From an uncultured bacterium (GTDB taxonomy: Bacteria > Omnitrophota > Omnitrophia > Omnitrophales > Aquincolibacteriaceae): DNA of 63,527 nt. Position 1 is the stretch's first letter; each line of letters opens with the position of its first letter. The notes under the pieces were generated by a model. The model was not told the DNA's origin and ran no database searches. It worked only from the letters and a program-made list of their open reading frames with translations. The stretch is from assembly GCA_964373045.1 (NCBI GenBank), contig CAYJSI010000008.1, positions 1 through 63,527 on the forward strand, read 5' to 3'. Below are positions 33,063 through 43,783 of the stretch, piece by piece. A program made the translations under genes and the position numbers.

Positions 33063-34605
33063 GGGCTGAAGTTTTTTCCGATTCTCTTTGAACGCGGAAA
33101 AGTTTCTCTTCGATATCTTTTCTCCGGATGACTTTGAGAAAGGCATCCACCACCTGAGGATCAAATTGGGTACCACGATTGGCCTGAATTTCGGCAATGG
33201 ACTGCTCCGTGCTAAAGGCCTCGCGGTAAGTACGCTTTGAGACCATGGCAAGAAAAGAATCGACTACGGCCACAATCCTCGCCCCGATGGGAATTTGCTC
33301 CCCCTTCAACCCTTGAGGATAACCCTTCCCGTCGAAACGCTCCCGGTGATGCAGCACAATCGGAATAATCGGCCGGAGCGACCCAATGGAGCGAAGAAGA
33401 TTAGCGCCCTGCATGGGAATTTGCTTGAACACCTCAAATTCCTTTTTGGTCAGTTTTCCCTTTTTAAGTAACGTCTTTTCGGGAAGCGCAAGGGCCCCCG
33501 TATCTAAAAGCGAAATCGCGCGGTCAAGATGCGTGAGCTCACGGCCTGAGAGCCCCAGTTCCTTGCCCACCTCCAGAATGATCTCGCCAAAAATAGGAAG
33601 CTGTCCCCGGTCTCCGCCGAAATTGACATCCAGCAGCTCGTTAATCGTCTTGATGCTCCCCAGGGTCAGCTGTTCCGTTTCTTCGTAGAGCTGGGCATTT
33701 TTAATCGCCACCACCGCCTGCTCGGAAAGGGACTTCAAGATCTCAAGGTCGATTTTAGTAAAGGGTTGATTGTCAATTTTGTCCCACAGGACGATCACTC
33801 CCACCACGTCATCTTCAATGAACGGGACACCAATGGAGCGGCGCGCCAAATGAAAATCTCCGGTCTTGGCAATCCCCCCCTCCAACCCACGGCCGATTCG
33901 AAGTTTGTTTTTATGAGCAAACTCCGAACTTGAACCAAAGGAAAAGGCCGGAACGAGATATTCGTGATTGGCATCGCAAAGAAGGATGGAACAGCCCTTG
34001 GCCTTTAAAACTTGAGCACTTAAACGTCCGATCCGAGGCAGAAGCTCGCCCAAGCGAAGCGAGTGGCTGATGACGCGGTGGACCGAATGCATGGTGGAAA
34101 GCGCCAGGGCGCGGGGATGGACGGTTTCATAAAAATTGTTTAACTCAAACGCCTTAAAAGCCAATTCCACATGGGTCGAGACAAATTGATCAAAGGGCGT
34201 CAGCAGATCACGGATTGCTTTTTCGCTTCTCGTGAAGGCGCAGAGAATTAAAAACCCCTTGGTTTTTCCCAAGTGGCGCAGGGCGAAGACCGCTCCGTTT
34301 TTTCCAAAGGCGCATTTATAAAAAGTGGGAAGTTTTTCCGAAGAGTCTTCGCTCTGATGCATCATGTTGCTGTACTTACAGAGGAAGGACTCACAGCTTG
34401 ATTGATTCGAGGTGGAGTTGGCATAAAAAGAACAGTTACCCTTGCGATCAAGCCGGATCAGACGGCTTTCCCCATCATCATCCAAGACCGCCAACCAAGC
34501 CAAGGGACGCCCGAAAAGGTGATTAAAGGACTTGTAGCCCTCCTGCCAAAGAGGATTGGGCAGCAGGAATCGTTCCAGGACGCTTCGTTTATGTTTCCCG
34601 TTCAT
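33055..34605 (-). CDS. GAF domain / HD-GYP-like domain protein (HD metal ligands appear degenerate)
   Basis: C-terminal HHRERFDGKGYPQGLKGEQIPIGARIVAVVDSF is a GYP block. The position of the canonical LHDIGK reads LLDTGA. Confidence 0.85.
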   Translation of the reverse strand: MNGKHKRSVLERFLLPNPLWQEGYKSFNHLFGRPLAWLAVLDDDGESRLIRLDRKGNCSFYANSTSNQSSCESFLCKYSNMMHQSEDSSEKLPTFYKCAFGKNGAVFALRHLGKTKGFLILCAFTRSEKAIRDLLTPFDQFVSTHVELAFKAFELNNFYETVHPRALALSTMHSVHRVISHSLRLGELLPRIGRLSAQVLKAKGCSILLCDANHEYLVPAFSFGSSSEFAHKNKLRIGRGLEGGIAKTGDFHLARRSIGVPFIEDDVVGVIVLWDKIDNQPFTKIDLEILKSLSEQAVVAIKNAQLYEETEQLTLGSIKTINELLDVNFGGDRGQLPIFGEIILEVGKELGLSGRELTHLDRAISLLDTGALALPEKTLLKKGKLTKKEFEVFKQIPMQGANLLRSIGSLRPIIPIVLHHRERFDGKGYPQGLKGEQIPIGARIVAVVDSFLAMVSKRTYREAFSTEQSIAEIQANRGTQFDPQVVDAFLKVIRRKDIEEKLFRVQRESEKTSAHA

Positions 34606-34654
34606 ACTTAATTATTATACTCCCGCTAGACTCCATTATATGCAAATTGCAAAT

Positions 34655-34693
34655 GGTGCCAGGCGCCGACGGACTGACGGTGCCTGGGGTACC
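34655..34693. repeat. Family B palindrome (GGTGCCAGGC.CC), intergenic; possible terminator
   Basis: ggtgccaggcgccg-acggactga-cggtgcctggggtacc, between the dgt stop and the GAF/HD-GYP start. Confidence 0.6.
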
Positions 34694-34717
34694 TTCTGTT
34701 TTTAAAGTAATCGGCTA

Positions 34718-35878
34718 TTAGACTCTTTCATAAGGCTCAAAGAGGCGGTTATATTCATCCGAGGCAAAGCGGTCCGTCATCCCCGCTACATAATCGCAGA
34801 TCACGCGGTGGATGCCCTCTTTCTCTTTTTTCGCCAGAAGATCGGGCGGGAGCTGGGTCGGCTTCTGCAAATAAACTTGAAACATGGCCTTCAAAAGCCT
34901 TTGACCCTTGTCCGTCATCCGCACAACCCGGTAGTGCTGGTAGAGCTGGTGATTCAGGAATTTTTTCAACTCCGCGAGCTGCCTGGCAATCTTCTCTGAA
35001 AAAAGGACAGCGGGCCGCTCGGTTTTTTGTAAATCTTCAATCGACCGAATCCCGAGTTTCTTGATGGAGCGCTGGGTTTCCTCCACCCCATCACTGACAA
35101 GACGATTGACGATGAGGCGAATGGCGAGGCGTTTTCTCTTCAAGGTCGGAAGTTTCGGGTATTTCTTTTGAATATACTGCAAGGCGTCCCGCCAAAGGGA
35201 GAGGGCTTCGATCTGCACCTCAGTAATCAACTCCGAACGCAGTCCGTCATCCAGGTCGTGCGTGTTATAAGCGATGGCATCCGCGATATCAACCACCTCC
35301 GCTTCGAGGGAACGAAAACGGCGCTTGCGATCCTTATAAAAACGTTCGGGGTGCTTCTTTAAACCCTCGCGGGTTTCAAAGGTGAGATTAAGGCCGGGAA
35401 AATCCGGATAACTTTCTTCCAGGATTTCCACGATGCGAAGACACTGAACATTGTGCTCGAACCCCCCGTGGTCTTTCATGAGTTCCTGGAGGGCCCACTC
35501 CCCTGCGTGACCGAAAGGTCCGTGGCCGATGTCATGGGCCAGGGCAATGGCCTCGGTCAAATCTTCATTCAAGGTGAGGGAACGGGCCATGGAGCGCGCG
35601 ATCTGACAGGTTTCGAGGGTGTGCGTGAGGCGGGTGCGGTAGTGATCGCCCTCGTGATTGACAAAGACTTGCGTCTTGTATTGAAGCCGGCGAAAAGCTG
35701 TTGAGTGAATAATGCGGTCGCGGTCGCGCTGAAAGGGGGTTCGTAAGTCGTGTTCTTTTTCAGGGTACTTGCGGCCGCGCGAGGTTTTGCTTTTGACGGC
35801 ATAGGGGGCCAAAAATTGGGCCTCCCGTTCTTCAATGGAACGCCTGGTCATGGCAAAAGAGTGAGCAGATTCTTTCAT
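34718..35878 (-). CDS. dgt: dGTP triphosphohydrolase-like HD-domain protein
   Basis: HTLETCQIARS.., LAHDIGHGPFGHAGE. ATG 35878 overlaps the HIT gene stop (TGATG). The track ORF starts at 35917. Confidence 0.9.
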   Translation of the reverse strand: MKESAHSFAMTRRSIEEREAQFLAPYAVKSKTSRGRKYPEKEHDLRTPFQRDRDRIIHSTAFRRLQYKTQVFVNHEGDHYRTRLTHTLETCQIARSMARSLTLNEDLTEAIALAHDIGHGPFGHAGEWALQELMKDHGGFEHNVQCLRIVEILEESYPDFPGLNLTFETREGLKKHPERFYKDRKRRFRSLEAEVVDIADAIAYNTHDLDDGLRSELITEVQIEALSLWRDALQYIQKKYPKLPTLKRKRLAIRLIVNRLVSDGVEETQRSIKKLGIRSIEDLQKTERPAVLFSEKIARQLAELKKFLNHQLYQHYRVVRMTDKGQRLLKAMFQVYLQKPTQLPPDLLAKKEKEGIHRVICDYVAGMTDRFASDEYNRLFEPYERV

Positions 35879-36396
35879 CAAGATTTTTTCTTCGCAGATT
35901 TTTTGGGGGAAAGGCACCTTAAGGCCGGAGATAACGTACGGTAAACTGACTCCAGAGATTCGGAAATCACTTTGGTTTGCCCGATCACGGGGATGAAATT
36001 GGTATCCCCTTTCCAGCGGGGTACGATGTGAAGATGAAGGTGGTGCGGAACCCCGGCTCCGGCAACCTTCCCCAGATTCATGCCGGCATTGAAACCATGC
36101 GGCCTCAAAGTCTTCTTAAGCGCCAAGAGGACCTCATCGTAAAGAGAAAGCCAGTCGAGCTTTTCGTGGTCTGAGAGCGCATGCAGGGAATCCACATGTC
36201 TTTGGGGTACCACCATAACGTGGGCATTGTTGTAAGGGTAAACATTCAGGATGGCGAAACTGTGGGGAGTTCTTTTGAGGATAAAATTTTTCGCATCTTT
36301 CTCTTCTGTCAGGAGTCGACAGAATAGACATCCCTTGTCTTTGCGAATTTTAGGCCGAATGTACGCTTTGCGCCAGGGCGCCCAGAGTCGATCCAT
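35878..36396 (-). CDS. HIT (histidine triad) family protein
   Basis: MDRLWAPWRKAYI.. and the HLHLHIVPRW histidine triad. The likely start is ATG 36396. Confidence 0.9.
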   Translation of the reverse strand: MDRLWAPWRKAYIRPKIRKDKGCLFCRLLTEEKDAKNFILKRTPHSFAILNVYPYNNAHVMVVPQRHVDSLHALSDHEKLDWLSLYDEVLLALKKTLRPHGFNAGMNLGKVAGAGVPHHLHLHIVPRWKGDTNFIPVIGQTKVISESLESVYRTLSPALRCLSPKKSAKKKS

Positions 36397-38068
36397 CCTC
36401 TTCCTTTTCTTTGTAAAAAATAACCTGCGGAAGATCGTAAAGTTCAAATAAGGCGTTTAAATCTTTAAGATCCCAGAGCTGGATCCCGGCCTCCTGAGCC
36501 ATGAGCTTCGCATTTTGGTCGATCCCCTGCAGGGCAATCATGATCTTCCGCTGCACCCTTTTCTTAGAACGCTTAAGCTCATCCAAAAAGAAGGTAACAT
36601 CCTCCTCCTTTACGGCATTATGGATCATTTGACAGATCCATCTTACTTTCGAATTTTTGGCAAGCAAGGGAAAAATCCGGCCTTGAGCGGGGCGCAAGGC
36701 GATCTCCGAAAATTGTGGGCAACACATCTTTTTTTGATTAATTTCCACCACATCGTTTCGAAATTCCTTAAAAAGGGCTTCGAGGCGTGCCGAAAGGTCC
36801 AAACCCTCTTCTTCGAGGTGTTCCCATTCGCGGCGAATAGCGCCCCCCACGGCCTGCTGGATTGAAATCTCATCCGGTGTATATTGCTGCCCGCGCCGTT
36901 CCCACACCTCGCAGAGCCAAAATTGAAAGAGAGGATCTTGGAGCGTATAGAAGGAACCTCGCTTCACAATCTTCTCCTCCGCCTCAAGACGCTTTAAAAT
37001 CTTCTTGGTCTCACTCGTCCTTTTATCAATATAAGCGGAAATCGCGAGCGCCTTGCGTTTTCCCTGAGCGATGGCAAGTAATGTTTTAAGGTAGGCCGCG
37101 CCGTCTTTAAGTGACAGGCGGCGGCATTCTTCAAGCCGCCTTTCAAAAATGAGCGCAAGCCGGCTCTGGCGGCTGGCAAGCTCCTGCTGAAAGGCCTCTC
37201 GAATCCAGGCGTTTGAAACCACCTCTTTCGCGGGTCGAAGAAACGTAAAAGGATCACCCGACTGCGAATCAAGACACGAGGCAAGCCGGTCTGAGAGGAT
37301 TTCAAGATAAAGCGGGTGACCCTTGGTGAGGTGCATGAAAAATTTCTTCTGCTGAGCCGTTAATTTTTTTTCTGAGAACCGGTCACTGAGGTATCGCGCC
37401 GTTTCTTCCATATCAAAGGGTTCAAGGCGGATCACCTCGAAATTGCCGAAGAGGAGCGAGAGCTTCTCTCGAAAAATCTCCTCTGCCCGCTTTGCGTTCG
37501 AGCTGGCAACAAGATAAAGCGTATTTTTTGTCACCATGATTTCCTTGCCCCAGAGGGCAAAAGGGTCTGAGGATGGCAAAGATTCAAGAGCGTGAAATTC
37601 GTCGATCATCATGAGAATTTTTTTCCCCGCCTCTTCGGACAACACATCGGTCAGGGAAAAAAGTTCCCGTACCGCCGCCGCATTTTTTTCACGGCGCGCA
37701 CTTTTTTTCAAGCGGCGGATACGGTCGGTTGTTTTCGGAATAATGGGATCAGCCGCAAGAAGAAGCGAATGAAAATTGGAGGGAGGTTGAACGGCCTGGC
37801 TTAAAAAGATGCCGCTTAAGAGACCGCCGATCCAGCGGTCGATCAACTGATCGACGTCAACAGCGCGAGCATCCAAATACACCGGCACGATCCCGGGCCG
37901 GCCGGAAAATGAAGTGAAAAGAGAAGACAGGAGATGCGTCTTGCCGATGCCGGGGGGACCGAGGAGCGCAACATTTTGGCGGTAACCCTTCTCGAAGGCC
38001 TCGATGCGCTTTTCGACGGACATCCGAATTTGATCCCGCAAAAACGGAGTCTGAATTCCGGCTTCCAT
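36350..38068 (-). CDS. AAA+/archaeal-type ATPase domain protein
   Basis: Walker A LLGPPGIGKTHLL and Walker B ILMMIDEFH; 572 aa. Confidence 0.8.
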   Translation of the reverse strand: MEAGIQTPFLRDQIRMSVEKRIEAFEKGYRQNVALLGPPGIGKTHLLSSLFTSFSGRPGIVPVYLDARAVDVDQLIDRWIGGLLSGIFLSQAVQPPSNFHSLLLAADPIIPKTTDRIRRLKKSARREKNAAAVRELFSLTDVLSEEAGKKILMMIDEFHALESLPSSDPFALWGKEIMVTKNTLYLVASSNAKRAEEIFREKLSLLFGNFEVIRLEPFDMEETARYLSDRFSEKKLTAQQKKFFMHLTKGHPLYLEILSDRLASCLDSQSGDPFTFLRPAKEVVSNAWIREAFQQELASRQSRLALIFERRLEECRRLSLKDGAAYLKTLLAIAQGKRKALAISAYIDKRTSETKKILKRLEAEEKIVKRGSFYTLQDPLFQFWLCEVWERRGQQYTPDEISIQQAVGGAIRREWEHLEEEGLDLSARLEALFKEFRNDVVEINQKKMCCPQFSEIALRPAQGRIFPLLAKNSKVRWICQMIHNAVKEEDVTFFLDELKRSKKRVQRKIMIALQGIDQNAKLMAQEAGIQLWDLKDLNALFELYDLPQVIFYKEKEEDGSTLGALAQSVHSA

Positions 38069-38113
38069 GAAGGAATCCTTAAAGAATTGATATTCAATCG
38101 TTCAGTGGAAAAA

Positions 38114-38177
38114 CGCGGGAAGAGGTCTGAAGCGGATGGTGGATATTAATGAGTGCGGTAACAACGCCGCTTCCCGC
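38114..38177 (-). terminator. Candidate rho-independent terminator after the REC-YvcK gene
   Basis: Minus strand GCGGGAAG...CTTCCCGC followed by GTTTTT. The loop is long, with an alternative inner stem GAAGCGG/CCGCTTC. Confidence 0.3.
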
Positions 38178-38238
38178 TCAATGTTTAAACCGGAGTGATC
38201 TTACAACGTTCAAAATCGAAAGCAAGCATTAATTCAGA

Positions 38239-39570
38239 TCAAGATCGGATGTGCTGGATGATTTTTTTGAGTTCACGCGCAAGCTTGATGCTGTCGTGAC
38301 GCACAAGCTCGCTTTCCGAGGCCACATCGCTCCAAATGAATTTTGCTTTTGTGAGAGCGCCCAGTTCTCTTTTGGAACCATCTTTCACAGGCACCTGATT
38401 CTTCACCGCATAAATTTGCAGCGCGGATTTCGAAAATTCCGTGGAGGAGCAGAGGACAAAATCCAGAACATCCTTCTTAAGGTACTTCACGACTTCGCGC
38501 ACGTGGTCGCTTACTTTGAAATCCGTGGTCTCGCCGGGTTTGGTCATCACATTACACACGTAAATTTTCTTGGCGCGGCTCGAAACAATGGCCTCCAAAA
38601 TCCCGCGGACGATTAAATTGGAAATAATGCTGGTAAACAAATCCCCGGGTCCAAGGATAATCACCTGGGCATCTAAAAGAGCCTGCAGGGCGTCGGGGTT
38701 TGCGCTCACCTCCGGCTCCTGCCAGAGCTTCTTGATACGAAGGTTGGGGTCATGCTCTTCAAAAATATCGATGCGATGCTCCCCTTCGATGATGGCGCCA
38801 TTTTCAAGTTCCGCCTTCAACGTGTTGACTGTTTCAGTCACCGGTACCACCTGGCCCTGAATGTTTAAAATTTCGCCGATGGCTTTGACGGCGGGCGACA
38901 TGGAACCGCGCATCTCGCAAAGCGCCGTTAAAAGAAGGTTGCCCAGATTATGGCCCTTTAATTCACCTCCCCGCTCAAAGCGGTATTGCATGAGCTCATT
39001 CAAGAGATCCGGAGCGGAGGAGAGAGCGACAAGGCTTCTGCGGATATCGCCCGGAGGTAAGATACCAAACATATCCCGTAGCTGCCCCGTCGAGCCGCCA
39101 TCATCACTCATACTCACCACCGAAGTCAGACCGATGCCGGAGATTGTTTTAAGGCCCGAGAGAAGCGTAAAAAGCCCGGTCCCTCCCCCTAGGCACACCA
39201 CCCGCGTCACCTGATGAAGGATTTGCTGGATGATGGCCACCAGCTTTCGAAGCGCGATCGGCCGCGATACGATTTCGGTCTTTGGAAAATGCCCGGCCTC
39301 GATCGTTTCGCGTTCGGCCTCGGAAGTCGTGAGAACGATCGCCGGCGGCCGATTGAAATTTTCCAGCCCTCCTAACCGGCGCAGGATCTCAAGGGCATTC
39401 ATCCTTGACAGGTTAAATTCGAGCAAAAGGAGATCGTGTTTTCCCGTGATGGCTTTCTGGAAGGCGTCCAAACCGTTATGGACGATCGACCAATCGTAAT
39501 GAAAATGGGCCAGTGATTTCTTGATTAAATCGGCGAGCGGCTCATTTTCTGCCGCGAGCAGGATGCGCAT
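38239..39570 (-). CDS. Receiver-like domain fused to YvcK/CofD-family (UPF0052, gluconeogenesis factor) domain
   Basis: N-terminal ~115 aa are CheY-like but degenerate. They are followed by VVCLGGGTGLFTLLSGLK, SMSDDGGSTGQLRD, GHNLGNLLL. Confidence 0.85.
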   Translation of the reverse strand: MRILLAAENEPLADLIKKSLAHFHYDWSIVHNGLDAFQKAITGKHDLLLLEFNLSRMNALEILRRLGGLENFNRPPAIVLTTSEAERETIEAGHFPKTEIVSRPIALRKLVAIIQQILHQVTRVVCLGGGTGLFTLLSGLKTISGIGLTSVVSMSDDGGSTGQLRDMFGILPPGDIRRSLVALSSAPDLLNELMQYRFERGGELKGHNLGNLLLTALCEMRGSMSPAVKAIGEILNIQGQVVPVTETVNTLKAELENGAIIEGEHRIDIFEEHDPNLRIKKLWQEPEVSANPDALQALLDAQVIILGPGDLFTSIISNLIVRGILEAIVSSRAKKIYVCNVMTKPGETTDFKVSDHVREVVKYLKKDVLDFVLCSSTEFSKSALQIYAVKNQVPVKDGSKRELGALTKAKFIWSDVASESELVRHDSIKLARELKKIIQHIRS

Positions 39571-39572
39571 GG

Positions 39573-40448
39573 TCAGGCGGCGCCTTCCGGATCGAAGTGC
39601 ACGGTAATATCCGCTCCCTCATAGCGGCTTTGGATTTTGGCGATGAGGGATTCGGTCATATCGTGGGCGCGATTAAAATTCTCCTCCCCACGGATCTCAA
39701 TGTGAAAATCGAGGAAGACCTTCTCCCCCACCTTGCGGCTGCGGAAATTATGAAGCCCGACAATGGAGGCGTGGTGGCCGCGAATGAGGTTTTCGATTTC
39801 TTCTTTCGAGACCTCGGGAAGGCCCCGATCGAGCAGCTCATCGATGGAGCGGCGCATGATCTGAAAAGACACTTTAAAAATATAAATCGAAATCCCGATC
39901 GAAACCAGAAGATCCCAAAAAATCTGGCCGCTCATCTGGACGAGAAGAAGGGTGAGGATGACGCCGCCGTTACTCAAAATATCCATCGTAAAATGAAGTC
40001 TCTCGGTCGAAAGGATGAGGGAGGTGCTCTCGCGGCCCACGGCAGACATCCTCCAGACAATCAGACCACTGACCAGGATGGAGAATATCATGACCCAGAT
40101 ACCGGTTGAAATCGAGGTGAGCAAACTTCCCGCAATGAGGCGCTTCGTCGCTTCCACGACTAAAAATAAACCGCCAAGCCCAATCAAAACACTTTGAAAG
40201 AGCGAGGCGAGGCTCTCAATTTTTCCGTGGCCGTAGGCGTGCTCCTTATCGGGGGGTTTCGCGGCTTCGTGCGCCGCGATAAAATTGATAACAGAAGTGG
40301 CCACGTCCATGGCGGAATCAAGCGCCGAGGCCATGACGGCCATGGAATTCGTCAGGAGGCCGGCTGCGAATTTGGCAGCGGCCAAGACAAGAGCGGCTGC
40401 GATATTAAATTGAATGATCGACGTGGTCTGAACTTTTTTATTTTCCAT
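39573..40448 (-). CDS. Cation diffusion facilitator family transporter
   Basis: Six TM segments plus a cytoplasmic C-terminal domain; AALDSAMDV..HAYGHGKIE pattern. Confidence 0.88.
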   Translation of the reverse strand: MENKKVQTTSIIQFNIAAALVLAAAKFAAGLLTNSMAVMASALDSAMDVATSVINFIAAHEAAKPPDKEHAYGHGKIESLASLFQSVLIGLGGLFLVVEATKRLIAGSLLTSISTGIWVMIFSILVSGLIVWRMSAVGRESTSLILSTERLHFTMDILSNGGVILTLLLVQMSGQIFWDLLVSIGISIYIFKVSFQIMRRSIDELLDRGLPEVSKEEIENLIRGHHASIVGLHNFRSRKVGEKVFLDFHIEIRGEENFNRAHDMTESLIAKIQSRYEGADITVHFDPEGAA

Positions 40449-40454
40449 AAACCG

Positions 40455-41564
40455 TTAAGACCTGAACCTCCGGGGATCGAAGGGTTGCAGAGTTTTTGGC
40501 ATTTTACCTGAAACTATCCCTTTTGCCAAAAGTCTTCCCATGAGACAACCCAGCAATATACCGCTTCGATAAAACCCGGTGGCGAGATAGAGCCCTCGAA
40601 CAGACGTCGCCCCCACCAGGGGCAAGCGATCCGGAGAAAAGGGCCTTAGACCCGCATGTGCACTCACGGCTTGAAACTCTTTCAAGGCTGGGGCAAGCCG
40701 GCGGATCCTCCGCTTAATCGATTCGATTCCTTTCTTGGTCACAGAGGGTTTCATTCCGACGAATTCAAGCGTGGACCCCAAAAGGTATTGATTCAAACCC
40801 CAGGGAACCACATAGGCCCCGTCAAGGGAGTGAAGGATGATCGAAATCTTAGGCTGCTTGCTTCGCACCACAAGCACCTGGCCTCGAGCGGGAATGACGG
40901 GTGGGCGAATCAGAAGCCTGCGATTCGCACCCGCCCAACTCCCCGTGGCATTCACCGCACAGGACGAAGCAATTTTTTTTTCCCCAATTTTTATTCCAAT
41001 GACACGATTTTTGCGGACTATCAAGGAAGAAGATTTTAAATGGGTTTGAACGGTCACACCCAGCCTTTGAGCGTAACGGCGCAAGACCCGCAAAAGATCG
41101 GGCGGTCTCACGCGGCCGACCGTAGGATAAAACAGCCCGTAGCGGGCGCGCTCGGGGAGAGCACCGGCCTTACGCCGGATCCACGCGTGACGGACTTCTC
41201 GAACCGGAATCCCCCACTTTTTTTGCCAGCAAAACTTTGACCGGAGAAGGGTCTCCTCTTTTATATTGAGTGCCGCATAAAGCATCCCTGTACGACGATA
41301 ACCCGCATTTTCGGGTTTTTGATGGGTAAGACGCCTGAGCCAGGCGGGGTATTCCTGGAAGGCCCGGCACATAATAGGAAGCAGTGGATTCTTGGGATGC
41401 ATTTCAAGAAAAGGATCGAGGATTCCCGCCGCCGCCAACGAGGCCTCTCCTTTCATATTTTTTTTCCCGATCAGAAGGACTTGCTTACCCGCTTGAGCAA
41501 GGGCTGCTGCCGTGCCAAGTCCCGCAATTCCCGTTCCCAAAATAATCGCGTCCCACTTTTTCAT
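40455..41564 (-). CDS. FAD-dependent oxidoreductase (DAO/glycine-oxidase-like)
   Basis: N-terminal dinucleotide fold [28 protein letters not shown]; 369 aa. Confidence 0.85.
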   Translation of the reverse strand: MKKWDAIILGTGIAGLGTAAALAQAGKQVLLIGKKNMKGEASLAAAGILDPFLEMHPKNPLLPIMCRAFQEYPAWLRRLTHQKPENAGYRRTGMLYAALNIKEETLLRSKFCWQKKWGIPVREVRHAWIRRKAGALPERARYGLFYPTVGRVRPPDLLRVLRRYAQRLGVTVQTHLKSSSLIVRKNRVIGIKIGEKKIASSCAVNATGSWAGANRRLLIRPPVIPARGQVLVVRSKQPKISIILHSLDGAYVVPWGLNQYLLGSTLEFVGMKPSVTKKGIESIKRRIRRLAPALKEFQAVSAHAGLRPFSPDRLPLVGATSVRGLYLATGFYRSGILLGCLMGRLLAKGIVSGKMPKTLQPFDPRRFRS

Positions 41565-43783
41565 GAGGCAAGTTTTTTTTCAATATCCCCTAAGGTGGCT
41601 ACCGGCAAATCACAAACATGGCTGCGGCAGACGTAAACTGTCGTTTTTTCTTGCAAGGGTTTCTGATCCTTCATAAAACTTGCGAGCGCTTCGATTTTCT
41701 TTCCTTCTCCTCCGCTTGGATGATGCAATACCACATCCAGGGGATGAAAGCCCTTCCGGATGAACGTAAGGACCTCGTTAAAATGAGACCCATCGCGATC
41801 CCCTGCGATCACAATTTCACGCGTGGGGCCCTGGGCAAAATGAAGGGCGATCAGCATCTGAGGAAAACCCACGGGGTGCTGCGTCAGCATCGCGGCATTG
41901 GATTTGGCAACGGCTTCGGCCAATTTTTCATAGCTGGCTGAATCACCCGTCATCCGCGAGAGTCTGAGCAGCACAAGCGCCGCAATCGAATTTCCAGAAG
42001 GAACCGCTCCGTCATAGTATTCTTTGGGGCGAGCGATCAAACGTTCGGCATCCTGAGCAGTTGAAAAAAATCCGCCCTCGTTTTTATCCCAAAAAAGGCG
42101 AATCATATCATCGGTAAGCCGCTTTGCCTCTTCCAGCCATCGGACCTCGAACGTCGCCTCATATAGATCCAGTAAGCCAAGGGCCAGGCAAGCATAATCT
42201 TCGTGAAAGGCAAGGATCGCGGCTTCCCCTGCCCGATAGCGATGAAGGAGCCGCCCATTCCTCACCATCCTTTTCAATAAAAAATCAGCGGCACGTGAAG
42301 CCGCTTGTGAATAAATCGGATCTCCCAACGCCTGAGACCCTACGGCAAGCGCCGAAATCATCAAACCATTCCAGGACATAAGAATTTTGTCGTCCAGGTG
42401 AGGACGGATTCTCTTGGAACGGATTTCCAGAAACTTTTGCCGAGCCTTCGCCAAAACTTCCTTGAATTCTTTGAATTCTTTTTCCTTGAGATTTTTTTTC
42501 CGGGCAAAAAATTCAAGCGGCTCTTCGATATGAAGGATGGAGGTGGCGCCTTCGAAATTGCCGCCTTCTTGAACGCCGTAAAATTCGTTAAAAAGTTTCC
42601 CGGTTTCCACTCCGAGCACCCGAATAATTTCCTCAGGCCTCCAGACATAAAATTTTCCCTCCTCGCCTTCACTATCAGCGTCCTCCGCCGAATAAAAGGC
42701 GCCGTCCGCATCCTTTAAATCGCGCAGGACATAGGAGAAAATATCGCGGGCCACTTCCGCATAAAAATCTTTTCCCGTCTCCTGATAGGCCTCAAGATAA
42801 GTTTTGGCTAAGATCGCCTGGTCGTAGAGCATTTTTTCAAAATGCGGAACAAGCCAATCGGCATCCGTCGAATAACGGTGAAATCCGCCTCCTAGCTGAT
42901 CATACATGCCGCCTCGGGCCATGTGATCGAGTGTGACCTCAACCATTTCAAGGGCGTGACGGCTGCCTGATCTTTTCCCATATCGTAAAAGAAAGGAGAG
43001 TTCATGGCTGCGGGGAAACTTGGGCGCACCGCCGAAGCCGCCTTTCTCAGAATCAAAGCTTGATTCAAATTGAACATAGGCTTGCTCAAAAATGTTTTTA
43101 AGGGAAAGGGACGCGGAGGCGGTTTCGGTTTTGGGTTGAAGGAGGCGGGTCAGGTCCTCTCCTGCCCGCAAAACCTCTTGGCGTTTTTCTTTCCACATCT
43201 GAGCCACCCGGGGCAAAATGGATTTCATGCCGCCGCGGCCCCAGCGATCTTCGGGAGGAAAATACGTCCCGCCTGTAAAGGGTTTACCTTCCGGGGTGAG
43301 AAAAACCGTAAGCGGCCAGCCGCCTGAACCGGTCATGGCCTGAACGGCGCTCATGTAAATATGGTCAATGTCAGGGCGCTCCTCGCGATCCACTTTAACC
43401 GCCACAAAGAATTCGTTGAGAAGCCGCGCGATCTCCTCATTTTCAAAGGACTCCCGCTCCATCACGTGGCACCAGTGGCAGGTGGAATAACCGATCGAAA
43501 GAAAAATCAACTTATCTTCCGTCTTGGCCTTTTGAAAGGCCTCCGCGCCCCAGGGATACCAATCCACGGGGTTCATGGCATGCTGAAGGAGGTAAGGGCT
43601 TTTCTCCTTGGCCAGGCGATTCGGGGTCTTGGAGGGAGATGTCGGCTCGTTCATTTTTTTACTCGTGGGCAGTATATCATGATCCAGAAAACCCGAGTAG
43701 GCGTTTGGGGGCAAGGCGCTCAAGAGGAGAATTAGGAAGGCCGATATAAGAGTCGTGATGAATAATGCTTGGAGACTTTTCAT
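41561..43783 (-). CDS. Thioredoxin-domain protein, YyaL/DUF255 (SSP411-like) family
   Basis: [35 protein letters not shown]. Signal anchor [22 protein letters not shown] from ATG 43783. The track ORF starts at 43807. Confidence 0.9.
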   Translation of the reverse strand: MKSLQALFITTLISAFLILLLSALPPNAYSGFLDHDILPTSKKMNEPTSPSKTPNRLAKEKSPYLLQHAMNPVDWYPWGAEAFQKAKTEDKLIFLSIGYSTCHWCHVMERESFENEEIARLLNEFFVAVKVDREERPDIDHIYMSAVQAMTGSGGWPLTVFLTPEGKPFTGGTYFPPEDRWGRGGMKSILPRVAQMWKEKRQEVLRAGEDLTRLLQPKTETASASLSLKNIFEQAYVQFESSFDSEKGGFGGAPKFPRSHELSFLLRYGKRSGSRHALEMVEVTLDHMARGGMYDQLGGGFHRYSTDADWLVPHFEKMLYDQAILAKTYLEAYQETGKDFYAEVARDIFSYVLRDLKDADGAFYSAEDADSEGEEGKFYVWRPEEIIRVLGVETGKLFNEFYGVQEGGNFEGATSILHIEEPLEFFARKKNLKEKEFKEFKEVLAKARQKFLEIRSKRIRPHLDDKILMSWNGLMISALAVGSQALGDPIYSQAASRAADFLLKRMVRNGRLLHRYRAGEAAILAFHEDYACLALGLLDLYEATFEVRWLEEAKRLTDDMIRLFWDKNEGGFFSTAQDAERLIARPKEYYDGAVPSGNSIAALVLLRLSRMTGDSASYEKLAEAVAKSNAAMLTQHPVGFPQMLIALHFAQGPTREIVIAGDRDGSHFNEVLTFIRKGFHPLDVVLHHPSGGEGKKIEALASFMKDQKPLQEKTTVYVCRSHVCDLPVATLGDIEKKLAS

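Noticed and set aside
38069-38238. Possible tRNA or small RNA in the 170-nt spacer between the REC-YvcK gene and the AAA ATPase gene.
   Set aside because: I could not fold a cloverleaf with an acceptor stem or T-loop (GTTCRANYC). The hairpin plus T-run is better explained as a terminator.
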